Positions 34,771 through 44,139 of a stretch of DNA of 64,000 bases are shown piece after piece. The position numbers and the translations under genes are program-made. Below the pieces are notes generated by a model. That model made no database searches, was not told where the DNA came from, and was given only the letters and a program-made list of their open reading frames with translations. Position 1 is the first letter of the stretch. The number at the start of each line of letters is the position of its first letter. Source of the stretch: a virus; IMG/VR virus record IMGVR_UViG_3300029258_005088. One strand, given 5' to 3'.

Positions 34771-35477
34771 TGTATGTCCTCCTTTAACAAGAATCCGATC
34801 GTAGGTCCGTAACTGCCCAGACGACGCTCTCCGTTGTTTCTGGGAGTCACCAGTTCATAGGGAATCCAACGTATACTCTGTTCCGAGTCCCAGCCCGTAT
34901 CGCCGAGATCCATATGGCAGTAAGCCTTTACGAACCAGTCCTCGTCGGTGCAGAACTTATGGTACCCCACCGAATCGAAATACTCTCTCGTACTGTTCGT
35001 CTTTCCTCTGGATATCTTGTGTACGTCGTGTATTCCGACCATCTTCACGTTCGGCCGCTCCAGTAGGCGCAGCCCGAGATCTATGGCCTGCCTGCCCTTG
35101 GGACCGTCTATGAACACGGCTATGGTCTTGTCCTTGTTTCCGTCGACGTACTGTGGCAAAAGGCTCACTCCGTCTCCGGATCGCAGAGTCAGATCGCATC
35201 CTATCGATTCCAACCTGGTGGACACGGACTGAGGAATGCTCCTGTCTATGGCTACGACCCTGCCATTCCCTTTGAAGAACTTGCACCACGCCTCCGTGGA
35301 CTGGCCCTGCCATATACCGGACTCCAGAACGAGGTCGACCTCATGCATGTGCGCCAGTATGCAGAACGCGAACGCTTCGCTGGTAAGGAGCCCTCGGGCC
35401 TGACTGCCCAGAGGTAGTACCCTCTTCTCGAATTCCGGCGCCCATGACGCCATATACGATTTCATGAGACCTCTCAT
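34767..35477 (-). CDS. Class I SAM-dependent methyltransferase
   Basis: VLESGIWQGQST, VAIDR, VFIDGPK, IHD. Start at 35477 overlaps the upstream stop. Confidence 0.75.
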   Translation of the reverse strand: MRGLMKSYMASWAPEFEKRVLPLGSQARGLLTSEAFAFCILAHMHEVDLVLESGIWQGQSTEAWCKFFKGNGRVVAIDRSIPQSVSTRLESIGCDLTLRSGDGVSLLPQYVDGNKDKTIAVFIDGPKGRQAIDLGLRLLERPNVKMVGIHDVHKISRGKTNSTREYFDSVGYHKFCTDEDWFVKAYCHMDLGDTGWDSEQSIRWIPYELVTPRNNGERRLGSYGPTIGFLLKEDIQ

Positions 35478-36226
35478 AGGTAACCCATCTCCTTCAATAC
35501 AGGCACGGCCAGTGCCGGGTGATCGTTGTGCCGGCAAGGCTCCAGCTTGGACTCCCTGCCTGCCTGTTTCGGAGTCTTCCTGTCTCCTATGTTGTACTTG
35601 TCCTCGTGCCTTTTCGGAAGACGCATGCGCTCGTAGTGATAGGCGTTGCACCAAGGAAGATGCATGGCCTTGGTATCGTGCCTGTTGCAGTACCAGTCTA
35701 CTCTTATGCTCAGGTGATTGGTCGGTCTCCAGTTGAACCGTGGTTTGAGCCTGTAAGGGATCTTGGTTCCTACCTTGTCCACGGTATACTGGCACGTGGA
35801 AAGGTCTACTAGGAAGCCGAGAGTGGGCATCGTGAAATAGTCGACGTCTTTCTCCTTCTCCATGAGCTCGCGGACGGCCTTTATGTCCTTCTCGTGGTAG
35901 AAGTGATCGCAGTCCACGACCAGTACCCAGTCACCGACGTCGGCATCGACCAGGGTCATCGCGAGGTTCGACGTATTGGCCTGATTGACTCTGTAGTTCT
36001 TGTCCGCTCTGACGTTGTCGATTACCTGTACGTGGTCCTTTCCGGAGGCCCAGTCCTCGAGGATGTTGCGGGTACCGTCGGTGGACCTCGGAGACCACTG
36101 CTGATCCCAGTTGCCCTCGCTTAGCACGACTGCCTGTGGATCCCACATTTCGATATGCTTCAAGGATGCCTCGACCCACTCTATGTCGTTCCAGTAACGA
36201 GCTATGACTATAAGACGCTGATTCAC
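35474..36226 (-). CDS. GT2-like glycosyltransferase
   Basis: GTG start overlapping the upstream stop; STDGT, DWVLVVDCDHF, HY. Confidence 0.75.
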   Translation of the reverse strand: MNQRLIVIARYWNDIEWVEASLKHIEMWDPQAVVLSEGNWDQQWSPRSTDGTRNILEDWASGKDHVQVIDNVRADKNYRVNQANTSNLAMTLVDADVGDWVLVVDCDHFYHEKDIKAVRELMEKEKDVDYFTMPTLGFLVDLSTCQYTVDKVGTKIPYRLKPRFNWRPTNHLSIRVDWYCNRHDTKAMHLPWCNAYHYERMRLPKRHEDKYNIGDRKTPKQAGRESKLEPCRHNDHPALAVPVLKEMGYL

Positions 36227-37713
36227 GAGCCACCTCCCGGCTTTTCCAATACGAACGCCACTACGTGCCACTTGCCATGGATCTCCTCCATGGACGGTAC
36301 GGTGAAATCCGATCCTCCCATGAGAGAAAGCCCGGACCACTCGATGATCTTCCGGAACTGGCCTATGCACCACGGCGCGACGTGTCCCTGGTACGAGGTA
36401 TGGTCCATGGTTATCAACAGACGACCTCCGGGCTTCAGCACACGAACCATCTCTTCTATGGCCTTCTTTCCCTGGGCCTCCGTCGGTATATGCTCTATGA
36501 CACTGATGCAGAATACGTGGTCGAAGGAGTCGTCGGCATACGCTATGTCCGTCATGTCTCCCTTCTCGATATGGAACCTTGGGTCGGTTACCCGACAGGC
36601 TCCGACCATGTATCCCCATAGGCTTACTAGCGGGCTGTCGGATCCGAGGAGATCGTGAGGCTTGGTGGACATGTTCCGGCCATGGCCTCTGTCTATGCCA
36701 ACCCCGCAGCAATTCGTCTTGGTAACCAGGTACGGCAATAAAGGGCTCCCTCCGCACCCGCAATCGAGCGCGACGTCACCCGGCTTGAGATCGCTGTTCT
36801 CCACGGCCCACGGGTATTCCCATTCCCTGCTCCAATGGATCTTCACCGATTCGGGATCGTCCGCGCCTCCCGGATGGGCTTTTCCCCGCATGCGGTTTAC
36901 CCATAGATCTTCTATCTCCGACAACGCACTGGACATGGCTTCTCTTCTCATGTCGGCATTTCTGAGAAACCTGTTCGGTACCTGGTCCATTACATCCTCC
37001 TTTATGATCGTGTGCGTTTTGGCCCTGCTCTGGGCCATCGAAAGCTTCTTCGAATACGGCCATGACTTGCGTCTCGTATGGCTTACCTTACGGCCGTGTT
37101 CCCTCAATGCATACAGCTCCTCTCGGACTATGGCGCACTTGAAGAACTCCGTCAGCCGAAGCCAGTAGTTATAGTCCTGTGCGAGCTCCATGACCTCGTC
37201 GTAGTATCCTATCTTGTCGAACACCTCTCTGGAGAACATCGCAGACGGACCCAGTATGCAGTTCCTGCTACGCAGTATTCTTTTGACGTTGCTCTCCTTG
37301 ATCCTGATCTGAGTCCACAGATAATCGCCGTGATGTACCTTGTTGCCTTCCGCATCGATCTGGATCCCGTAAGTGGCTACGAGGCCTACTTCTCCGCCGA
37401 TCCTCTCGAGCTGTTTCTCGAACCTGGTGGGAAGACTGTAGTCATCGGCGTCCTGCCTCGCGAATACGTCCCCAGTGGATATGTCCAGGGCCTTGTTCAG
37501 AGACTTGGTAAGGCCTATGTTCTCGTCGTTTTCGACATACACGATCCTGGGATCGTCGAAGGATTCGACAACCGAACCGACATCCTCTTCGGAGCCGTCG
37601 TTGACGATGATGAACTCGAAATCATCGAAAGTCTGACCGAGCACACTCTCGATGGCTCCTACCAGGTACTGGGTACTGTTGTACACAGGCATCAACACGG
37701 ATATCCTAGGCAT
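36223..37713 (-). CDS. GT2 glycosyltransferase fused to a SAM methyltransferase
   Basis: ISVLMPVYN..IIVNDGS..ARQDADD..QDYNYWLR, followed by ALDCGCGG..DMTDIAYADDSFDHVFCISVIEH..RVLKPGGRL. Confidence 0.9.
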   Translation of the reverse strand: MPRISVLMPVYNSTQYLVGAIESVLGQTFDDFEFIIVNDGSEEDVGSVVESFDDPRIVYVENDENIGLTKSLNKALDISTGDVFARQDADDYSLPTRFEKQLERIGGEVGLVATYGIQIDAEGNKVHHGDYLWTQIRIKESNVKRILRSRNCILGPSAMFSREVFDKIGYYDEVMELAQDYNYWLRLTEFFKCAIVREELYALREHGRKVSHTRRKSWPYSKKLSMAQSRAKTHTIIKEDVMDQVPNRFLRNADMRREAMSSALSEIEDLWVNRMRGKAHPGGADDPESVKIHWSREWEYPWAVENSDLKPGDVALDCGCGGSPLLPYLVTKTNCCGVGIDRGHGRNMSTKPHDLLGSDSPLVSLWGYMVGACRVTDPRFHIEKGDMTDIAYADDSFDHVFCISVIEHIPTEAQGKKAIEEMVRVLKPGGRLLITMDHTSYQGHVAPWCIGQFRKIIEWSGLSLMGGSDFTVPSMEEIHGKWHVVAFVLEKPGGGS

Positions 37714-37826
37714 TATCTACCTCCCATGGCCTTATCACGCCATGGCCTTATGTCACTCTCGGATACTCCGGTAGGAAGGAAAACGACCTTGGTATTGTCC
37801 CAGGAAGATAGCAGAAGGCATCTCAT
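37713..37826 (-). CDS. 37-aa hypothetical peptide
   Basis: Fills the gap between two GT genes with coupled start and stop. Confidence 0.4.
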   Translation of the reverse strand: MRCLLLSSWDNTKVVFLPTGVSESDIRPWRDKAMGGR

Positions 37827-38443
37827 CACGCACCTCCCGGGTCGTTGTAGGTTATGCGCCCTGCCTTGGCAAGGTGCTCTACGTAAAGCCTCTCGGCAGT
37901 GGATGGATGGCATGACCGCGACCATCCTCGGAAAAAATCGAATCCGAACACGTCGACGTCCCATCCCTTGAACCTGGGGATGGACATGGCCCATTGTATT
38001 CCGACAAGGCCCGTGCTCGGTATGAACTCGTCTCCGATATCCTCCCGTCTGACGTTCATATGGGCTTCCCAGATTGATTTCCGAAGCTCCTTGTAGAACT
38101 TGACCGGGACGTTGGACCACGGCCCCTCCCACTCGAGGTTGTCTCGTATGCGCTTTCCTTCCTCTCGCATACCTCCGGTTCCAGGTATCACGATATCCGC
38201 CGGAGATCCGAACAATATCTCGGATATGCCTTTGACCTTTGGAAGCAGCTTGCTGACGTGAGGCTTGACGAAATCCACCACGGGAGCTCCGTGGGTACAC
38301 AGGCACCAGATATCGAACTTGGATCCGACAAGGCCCGTGTCAAGGTTATACAGGCGGTTGAACCGTATCACCACGTCGGCGGAGTCTATGGCCTTTCCGA
38401 AGTCCTTCTTCGGAGGTGCATTTCCTACGACTGCCACTCTCAT
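37826..38443 (-). CDS. GT29 (sialyltransferase)-like protein
   Basis: VAVVGNA..IDSADVVIRFN (sialylmotif L-like), PSTGLVGI, VFGFDF, H..AE. Confidence 0.75.
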   Translation of the reverse strand: MRVAVVGNAPPKKDFGKAIDSADVVIRFNRLYNLDTGLVGSKFDIWCLCTHGAPVVDFVKPHVSKLLPKVKGISEILFGSPADIVIPGTGGMREEGKRIRDNLEWEGPWSNVPVKFYKELRKSIWEAHMNVRREDIGDEFIPSTGLVGIQWAMSIPRFKGWDVDVFGFDFFRGWSRSCHPSTAERLYVEHLAKAGRITYNDPGGA

Positions 38444-38697
38444 AACTTTACCCCGTCAGACCTCAAAGCCTCTGCTTGAGAATGGTTCTTGTACATCTCC
38501 CAGACGAAATTGTCCTTGCTCTTGGGAGTTCCTACGAAAAGCTTCTTGTCCGGCCAGCATCTACGACCGAGAGGGCTGTCCGGAGTTATGGTCAGCATCT
38601 GTATGATGTCTTCCAAGATCTCCTGGTAGAACTCGTGGTATTCCTGTACTCTCTCCAGAGCCTGTTCCTTGGTCAGGGGCTGTATCTCGTTCTTCAC
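38440..38697 (-). CDS. Hypothetical protein (85 aa)
   Basis: GTG start overlapping the upstream stop; C-terminal part of ORF-track entry 38440-39228. Confidence 0.6.
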   Translation of the reverse strand: MKNEIQPLTKEQALERVQEYHEFYQEILEDIIQMLTITPDSPLGRRCWPDKKLFVGTPKSKDNFVWEMYKNHSQAEALRSDGVKL

Positions 38698-39416
38698 TGC
38701 GCCTTCTCCGTTCTTTTGAGGAATACCGCTTCCCCGTTCTCCGACAATAGCCTGGCCATGTCTTCGAAGGTTACGTAGCACCTGCCTGTCATTCCCCATC
38801 GGGGGCCCCAGCTGTTGTGGAGCTCGAACCTGTTCCTGACGGTATCCACGCCTACGCACGCGATGGCGTGACCGCCCATGACGGATCCGGTCGGTCTGAT
38901 ATACCCCTGGAGGTCGGTGTTGAACATGCCTTGGTACCAGCGGATCCCGAGAACGGCGGGACCTTTGTATCCGACGCCTAGCTTGAGATCGTCCAGACCG
39001 AACGCCCACTCGTAGGTATCGAGCATGCCAAGGTTCTTGGCAGCCTTCACTCCGGCCAGTATGGACGTGCCCTCGTAGAAAGGCTCCGCTCCCGGATAGG
39101 CGCCGCCTGCCCATGGATCGATCTTCTGGGCTTCCCAGTAGATCTTCTCCCTTGCGTAGGAGTGGTCTATGCCTTTGCTCAGCAGGGGATCGGACGTCAG
39201 GCAGTGCGCCACGGCATGGCCCACGCAACTACCCTCTCGTCCCTGATCCAGCCTGGGATAACACTTCCAGCCATGCGTACGGGCGGTAGCCTGCAGGCGT
39301 TGCGGCGCGGTGTATATGGGGTATTCCCTGCTACGTTCGTCGAACTGTTCGATCCGGTCCAACCTGAGATCGCTGGTCGTTCGTTTGTCCTTCAGCTGTA
39401 TCAATCCCTGCGGCAT
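38694..39416 (-). CDS. Papain-like (C1) cysteine peptidase
   Basis: DQGREGSCVG (Gln/Cys), GGHAI (His), NSWG..WG (Asn). Confidence 0.9.
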   Translation of the reverse strand: MPQGLIQLKDKRTTSDLRLDRIEQFDERSREYPIYTAPQRLQATARTHGWKCYPRLDQGREGSCVGHAVAHCLTSDPLLSKGIDHSYAREKIYWEAQKIDPWAGGAYPGAEPFYEGTSILAGVKAAKNLGMLDTYEWAFGLDDLKLGVGYKGPAVLGIRWYQGMFNTDLQGYIRPTGSVMGGHAIACVGVDTVRNRFELHNSWGPRWGMTGRCYVTFEDMARLLSENGEAVFLKRTEKAQ

Positions 39417-39425
39417 CTTCCACTC

Positions 39426-39815
39426 CTAATCGGTATCGGGCATGACGTTGAATATTCTTGCTAAGAGACCGCGCTTGACCAATGCCTCGTTCTCCTTCTC
39501 CAACTGCTCGGACTTCTTCCTGAGACAGTTGTAATCTTCCCAGCTCGGCGGCTTGGCCTGCAGAGCCGATATGTCTTCCTGGTTCTTCTTCGCCCTCGTC
39601 ATCGGACGGCTCAACTCCTTGGAGGTGAACGCCAGAGGAACGGGTTCCCCTTCGAGCACCACCCAGCACACGTAATACTCCTTGGACTCGAGGTGCTCCT
39701 TTATGTCGGTGTTCTCGACCTTTCGGACCTCGCCCATCATCAGAGGCTCTTCACGGAAGGCTTCCTCCAGAGTCTGAAGGATCTGTTTTGCGGTTTCGGG
39801 GCATTGCTCAGGCAT
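39426..39815 (-). CDS. Hypothetical protein
   Basis: 129-aa coupled ORF with AGGAG RBS. Confidence 0.7.
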   Translation of the reverse strand: MPEQCPETAKQILQTLEEAFREEPLMMGEVRKVENTDIKEHLESKEYYVCWVVLEGEPVPLAFTSKELSRPMTRAKKNQEDISALQAKPPSWEDYNCLRKKSEQLEKENEALVKRGLLARIFNVMPDTD

Positions 39816-40293
39816 CGTGTACCTCCAGTTTGTGTAGAATGTTCATATGTATCTCGATACGATAGGCAACCTTGGCGACGAATTCCACCGAAGACAGGTA
39901 TAGGGTCTTCTTAGCGGACTTGTCTTCCGAGACGACCCTCTTTATCTCCTTCACCAGTCCGTCTCTGGCCTCTCTCAGATATTTGATGGTCTCGTCAGTA
40001 TGGTACTCGATGTCTTCCCATCCGAATACGTACCGCATGGTGGACGACAGGCTGACGCCGAGCTGTGCGAGCCAGTGCTTGTCTCCGTGCAGCTCCACGC
40101 CTTCGCAATTCTCCTTAAGGTAGCCCTCGAGCATCTTGACCTCGACGCCTTCGGGAACGCCCATGCATATCTCGTGGAACACCTGATCGACCTCGAGGAT
40201 CTGCTTCAACGGCTCCCACGGGCCTTGCTCCTGCTCTCTGAGCGCCGCCATCTGACGCATATGCTTCTCTTTCAACTCCGTGATATCCATCAC
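39808..40293 (-). CDS. Hypothetical protein
   Basis: 161-aa coupled ORF. Confidence 0.7.
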   Translation of the reverse strand: MMDITELKEKHMRQMAALREQEQGPWEPLKQILEVDQVFHEICMGVPEGVEVKMLEGYLKENCEGVELHGDKHWLAQLGVSLSSTMRYVFGWEDIEYHTDETIKYLREARDGLVKEIKRVVSEDKSAKKTLYLSSVEFVAKVAYRIEIHMNILHKLEVHDA

Positions 40294-40964
40294 TCCAGCT
40301 CCTGTAGTTCTCTATCTATGTTTCCCCATGCCCGCTGATGCCATGCATGGTAGTTGGGCTCATTGCCGAAAAAGGTCGGGTAAACGATATACGGCCTGTT
40401 CCTCAGCTTGTTCAGCAGCTCCGTGCGGTACCGGTTCCACTGAGCGTCGGTAAGATGACCGAACTCCTCCCGAAGCAGTATAGCGGAGCTCTCGTAAGAG
40501 CATCTGTCTCCGAAGCCGTAGAGATCGAGTCCGACGATCATCCACTGCTCCTGGTCGATGTCCGGGATCCTGTCTCCGAGGACGTAGGCCGTGGCCCGTA
40601 TCATCCGCTGGGCTCTGGCGACCTCCTCGTTGGACAGTCCGGCCTCTTCCATGTAATAGGCGCAGAACTCCGCACTCTCGTCCTCGTTGTCTCCGGGACT
40701 TGCCGGGATCTTGTATACCACGTCGTGGCACCAGATGGCCCATAGCTGTGCGTCGTCCAGTTCCATTCCGAGGAATGCCGCCGTATCGAACATCTTCATT
40801 ACGTGCCTCATGGTATGGTATCGCCTGTGCGGCTCCATGTATCTTCTGGTCAGCTCATGTAGCACGCGCACCTTCCTCTGCCCGTTACCTGCGGGCGAAA
40901 ACGACTTTTCATAGTATCCTCCTAGATAGTTTGTCCCCACGACCAGCGCGGGGTCATGTAGCAA
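40290..40964 (-). CDS. HD-superfamily metal-dependent phosphohydrolase
   Basis: RRYHTMRHV, AIWCHDVVY, NEDESA, LDL, LREEF. Confidence 0.85.
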   Translation of the reverse strand: MLHDPALVVGTNYLGGYYEKSFSPAGNGQRKVRVLHELTRRYMEPHRRYHTMRHVMKMFDTAAFLGMELDDAQLWAIWCHDVVYKIPASPGDNEDESAEFCAYYMEEAGLSNEEVARAQRMIRATAYVLGDRIPDIDQEQWMIVGLDLYGFGDRCSYESSAILLREEFGHLTDAQWNRYRTELLNKLRNRPYIVYPTFFGNEPNYHAWHQRAWGNIDRELQELE

Positions 40965-41128
40965 CTGCAGTACCTCTTGCCGTCATCAGCGTCTTCGTAG
41001 CGTATCGGGCGTACCTCCAGATTGCACTTGTCACATCGATTGCTGCTCCCGCTTCCTCCACAAGTCGGGCATAGCCGGGTTCGTTTCTTGGGATCGACCT
41101 TCTTACCCCTGCAGTTGGTGCATGGCAT
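40922..41128 (-). CDS. Small Cys-rich Zn-finger protein (DnaJ-like CxxCxGxG)
   Basis: CTNCRG..CPTCGGSG..CDKC..CSC; start uncertain (41128 or 41197). Confidence 0.6.
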   Translation of the reverse strand: MPCTNCRGKKVDPKKRTRLCPTCGGSGSSNRCDKCNLEVRPIRYEDADDGKRYCSCYMTPRWSWGQTI

Positions 41129-41166
41129 GTAAGACCTCGCAGGTCGATCGTCTACGTTGGCGAAGG

Positions 41167-41517
41167 TCAAAGTTCTATGTCCTTGGCTACTTTCCACCTA
41201 ATCGTCTCTTGGTCGATGGCTTTTTCCATCGTGGTGTAGACCCTAAGCGGCATGTGATTCCAGGGACTCGTCACGACGACGTAGTCTCCCGTTCTGTCCC
41301 CTCTCGGCACCGACCATATGTGAACGATCACGCCGGCGGACTGGAACGAGCCAAGCTCTCGCTGCATGGAGTTGTCCACGTGGGCTCCCCATAGCTGGAG
41401 TTCTCCGTTCCTGCCTTTCTGCGTCCATACCGAACCTGGTGGCTGCATAAGGGGGTTCTTTGGTACGTTCCTGTCGATCTTCTTCATCAGGGAACGGCCG
41501 GCTCTCTTTCTGGGCAT
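41167..41517 (-). CDS. Hypothetical protein
   Basis: 116-aa ORF with AGGAGG RBS. Confidence 0.65.
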   Translation of the reverse strand: MPRKRAGRSLMKKIDRNVPKNPLMQPPGSVWTQKGRNGELQLWGAHVDNSMQRELGSFQSAGVIVHIWSVPRGDRTGDYVVVTSPWNHMPLRVYTTMEKAIDQETIRWKVAKDIEL

Positions 41518-41525
41518 GTGGCCTC

Positions 41526-43433
41526 CTATTCCTCTTCTTTCTCTTCGACGGTTTCTTCGGGAACCTCCGCAGGCTCCTGATCCTCTTCTTCCTTGGCCTC
41601 CGGAGCGGGAGCGTGGTCTTTCTCCTCGGGCGTCGGCTCCGGCAGCTCTTCCTTGGCTTCCTCCTGTGGAGTGGCCGCGGAATTTCCTTTGACGCTCTTA
41701 CGGGTGATCTCGCCCTTTTCGGTGCGCTCGAGGACGTCGTCTATGATCTTCTGAGCTTCCTCGGGCTTGTCGTAGGGCCACTTGGCGCTCCACTTCAGAT
41801 CGTCGTCGTCCGAGTAGTCGTAGTCCTGCAGATAACCTCTAACGGCCTTCTCCACCATGTCCACGGTTATCATGTCGAGGCACTTCGGGATGATCTGGCC
41901 CGACTCGCTGACCACGGGCATCTCGCACAGCCTGGTGATCTTGTGCTTCTGTCCGCTGGGCGTCTGGTGCTCGTCGTCGTAGTCCTTGTCGTCACCATCT
42001 CCAAGAGGCATTACCCTGGACTTCCAGCAACCGCCATGAGAGCAGCAGGGAAGCATTCCGCAGGTATGCAGGAACTGATGGGTGCTGTAGGCTTCCCACA
42101 TGACGGGCTCCCTGCCACCGGCTATCACGACGCACGGCCTCGTATTCCTCCTGTATCGGGGATGCATGGGAACGGCCGTGGCCAGGTGCATGGGAAAGGA
42201 CACCGGAGTGACGATGCCTGCGCTATGATAAACCAGACGGATCAGCTGCCTGATCGTAGTCTTGCCGATGAGGTTGATGACGTTGTCGCCTTTCAGCTCC
42301 GGGTGGAAGTGGGGGTTCTTCTTGTCCGTATTCGCACCGATCTGCACCCAGGTGATGTCCGGCGTACGGTCCACGAGCTCCTGAAAGCGAGCCACTTCCC
42401 AGTGCTTCGCGGTATAATCCGATTTGCGGCCGGCATCTATGATCCAGTACGGCAGGTTCTTTCCCTCGAGCTCCCATATCTGCGAGTACCACGACTTCTC
42501 CTGGTCGGAGATGTAGATGGCGCCTGCGGGAGTGGTCTGGTCGATGGGCATTCCGAGCTTGGCCTCGAGGTCCTTGCGAAACCCGTGGCAGAAGTGGTGA
42601 GCGCCTTTGTTGGCCGTATTGATGAGCTTGTACTCGGCCTGGATCCACATCACCTCGGGATCGTCGTCCTGGATGTCGACGTCGTTGTTCGGGTTGTTCA
42701 TCCAGATATCGGCGGCCGGAGTTCGCATACGGGTCTTGAACAATCCCGGATAGCTCTTGTGAAGATCGTCCACAGCCCTCGACAGCATGAGGATGTCTCC
42801 GGGGCTCTGATGCTGGGAGATCATGAGCTTGATCGGCGTCTTGCACTCTTCTATGATGTTGGGTGCTCCCGGAGGACGCTCGGCCAGAACCATGCGTACC
42901 TTGGAAGGACTCCCTATGGCTCTCTTGCTCTGCTCCAGAAACGCCGAGATCGTCGGCTTCCCGTCGTTAACCGTCCTGGTGACGTCCACTGGGTTCACGG
43001 CACGACCAGTCGTGGATGACGGAAGCTTCTGGGTCTTGCGCATGGCCATGGAACGCTTGAGGATGCCGGCATAGCGTTGTTCTATGCTGTTCCTCGGAGT
43101 GGGAGCACGGAAACCGTTCGGAGCGGGCTGTGCGGGTGTATCGCGCTGTGGCTGGAACTTCACCTTTCCTTGCTTCATCTGTTCGATGAACTGTGGCGAC
43201 ATCTTGATGACCTTGCCTGCAAGCTGTTCACGGGGAACGCCCATCTGCTCCGCCATGATGCCGATCTCTTCCTCGGTCAGCTCGCGGTTGCCGTCGGCAT
43301 CGGACACGGGTGTCGGGACGGGCTCGCGCTCACCCATAGTCAGTGCCTTGCTGGGATCCGGTGGAGGCGTAGGTTGCTTGACGCCCAGTACCTCGCTCAT
43401 CGGAATGGGTTCGTTCTTCTTCTTGTCACTCAC
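41526..43433 (-). CDS. GT9 (heptosyltransferase-like) glycosyltransferase with long N- and C-terminal extensions
   Basis: QSPGDILMLSRAVDDLH, KHWEVARFQ, WVQIG, INLIGKTTIRQLIRLVYHSAGIVTPVSFPMHLATA. Confidence 0.8.
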   Translation of the reverse strand: MSDKKKNEPIPMSEVLGVKQPTPPPDPSKALTMGEREPVPTPVSDADGNRELTEEEIGIMAEQMGVPREQLAGKVIKMSPQFIEQMKQGKVKFQPQRDTPAQPAPNGFRAPTPRNSIEQRYAGILKRSMAMRKTQKLPSSTTGRAVNPVDVTRTVNDGKPTISAFLEQSKRAIGSPSKVRMVLAERPPGAPNIIEECKTPIKLMISQHQSPGDILMLSRAVDDLHKSYPGLFKTRMRTPAADIWMNNPNNDVDIQDDDPEVMWIQAEYKLINTANKGAHHFCHGFRKDLEAKLGMPIDQTTPAGAIYISDQEKSWYSQIWELEGKNLPYWIIDAGRKSDYTAKHWEVARFQELVDRTPDITWVQIGANTDKKNPHFHPELKGDNVINLIGKTTIRQLIRLVYHSAGIVTPVSFPMHLATAVPMHPRYRRNTRPCVVIAGGREPVMWEAYSTHQFLHTCGMLPCCSHGGCWKSRVMPLGDGDDKDYDDEHQTPSGQKHKITRLCEMPVVSESGQIIPKCLDMITVDMVEKAVRGYLQDYDYSDDDDLKWSAKWPYDKPEEAQKIIDDVLERTEKGEITRKSVKGNSAATPQEEAKEELPEPTPEEKDHAPAPEAKEEEDQEPAEVPEETVEEKEEE

Positions 43434-44121
43434 TGTCTTTCTCCTGCTGTTCCTTGAGCCTTAGCTGCTGTCCCTCGATAACAACGTTGACGAAGTCGTC
43501 CAGTCTGCGGATAAGCTTCGAATAGGAGACGTTCGACGGCCATACGCCACGATCCTCCAGCTGCTTGACGACCTGCTTCTTCAGATCGTCGTCCAGGGAG
43601 TTGACGATCGTCAACATCGAGTTGTACTCTCCGACGTCCTCCAGCCACCCCGTGTTCAGACCATTGGCCATCTTCTTGACGGTGAACAGGTAGCAGAAGT
43701 AGGTCTGGACGAAGTAATGGGACCATACGGCATACGCCTCGCGTCCCTTGGGGATCTCGTCCAGTCTCTCGTACAGACTGCGGAACTGGCACAGGCCGTT
43801 GAGGTTGTCCTGAAGAGACTCGTTCCAGATCTTGGCCATGAACTGCCCGATGGTGTCAAGAGCCAGGCGGCCCTCGGCATCTTCCGGGTAGAAGATCTCG
43901 GTGGCGGCGGTAAGCGACTCCTTCATGAAGAAGCCGAGACAATGACCGATGTCCCGGAACTCCGGATCGCTTACGAGGCCGCTCTCCTTCGAGACGACCC
44001 CTGCCCAGTGCTTGTTCTCCTTCCCGTCTCGTCCGACGAGCTGGGTGTTTCTAAGGTACTTGGCTCCACTGAAGCTGCCTTTCGGCTGTGGCTTTCTGGG
44101 CTTTTTGTTCTTCTTGGGCAT
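43426..44121 (-). CDS. Hypothetical protein
   Basis: 231-aa helical ORF with AGGAGG RBS. Confidence 0.7.
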   Translation of the reverse strand: MPKKNKKPRKPQPKGSFSGAKYLRNTQLVGRDGKENKHWAGVVSKESGLVSDPEFRDIGHCLGFFMKESLTAATEIFYPEDAEGRLALDTIGQFMAKIWNESLQDNLNGLCQFRSLYERLDEIPKGREAYAVWSHYFVQTYFCYLFTVKKMANGLNTGWLEDVGEYNSMLTIVNSLDDDLKKQVVKQLEDRGVWPSNVSYSKLIRRLDDFVNVVIEGQQLRLKEQQEKDSE

Positions 44122-44139
44122 GATTCCTCCTGCAGGTCT

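Noticed and set aside
31114-36763. Extended N-termini given by the ORF track for several island genes (31938, 35795, 36763)
   Set aside because: They overlap upstream genes by hundreds of bases; internal starts overlapping the upstream stop (31752, 35477, 36226) fit better.
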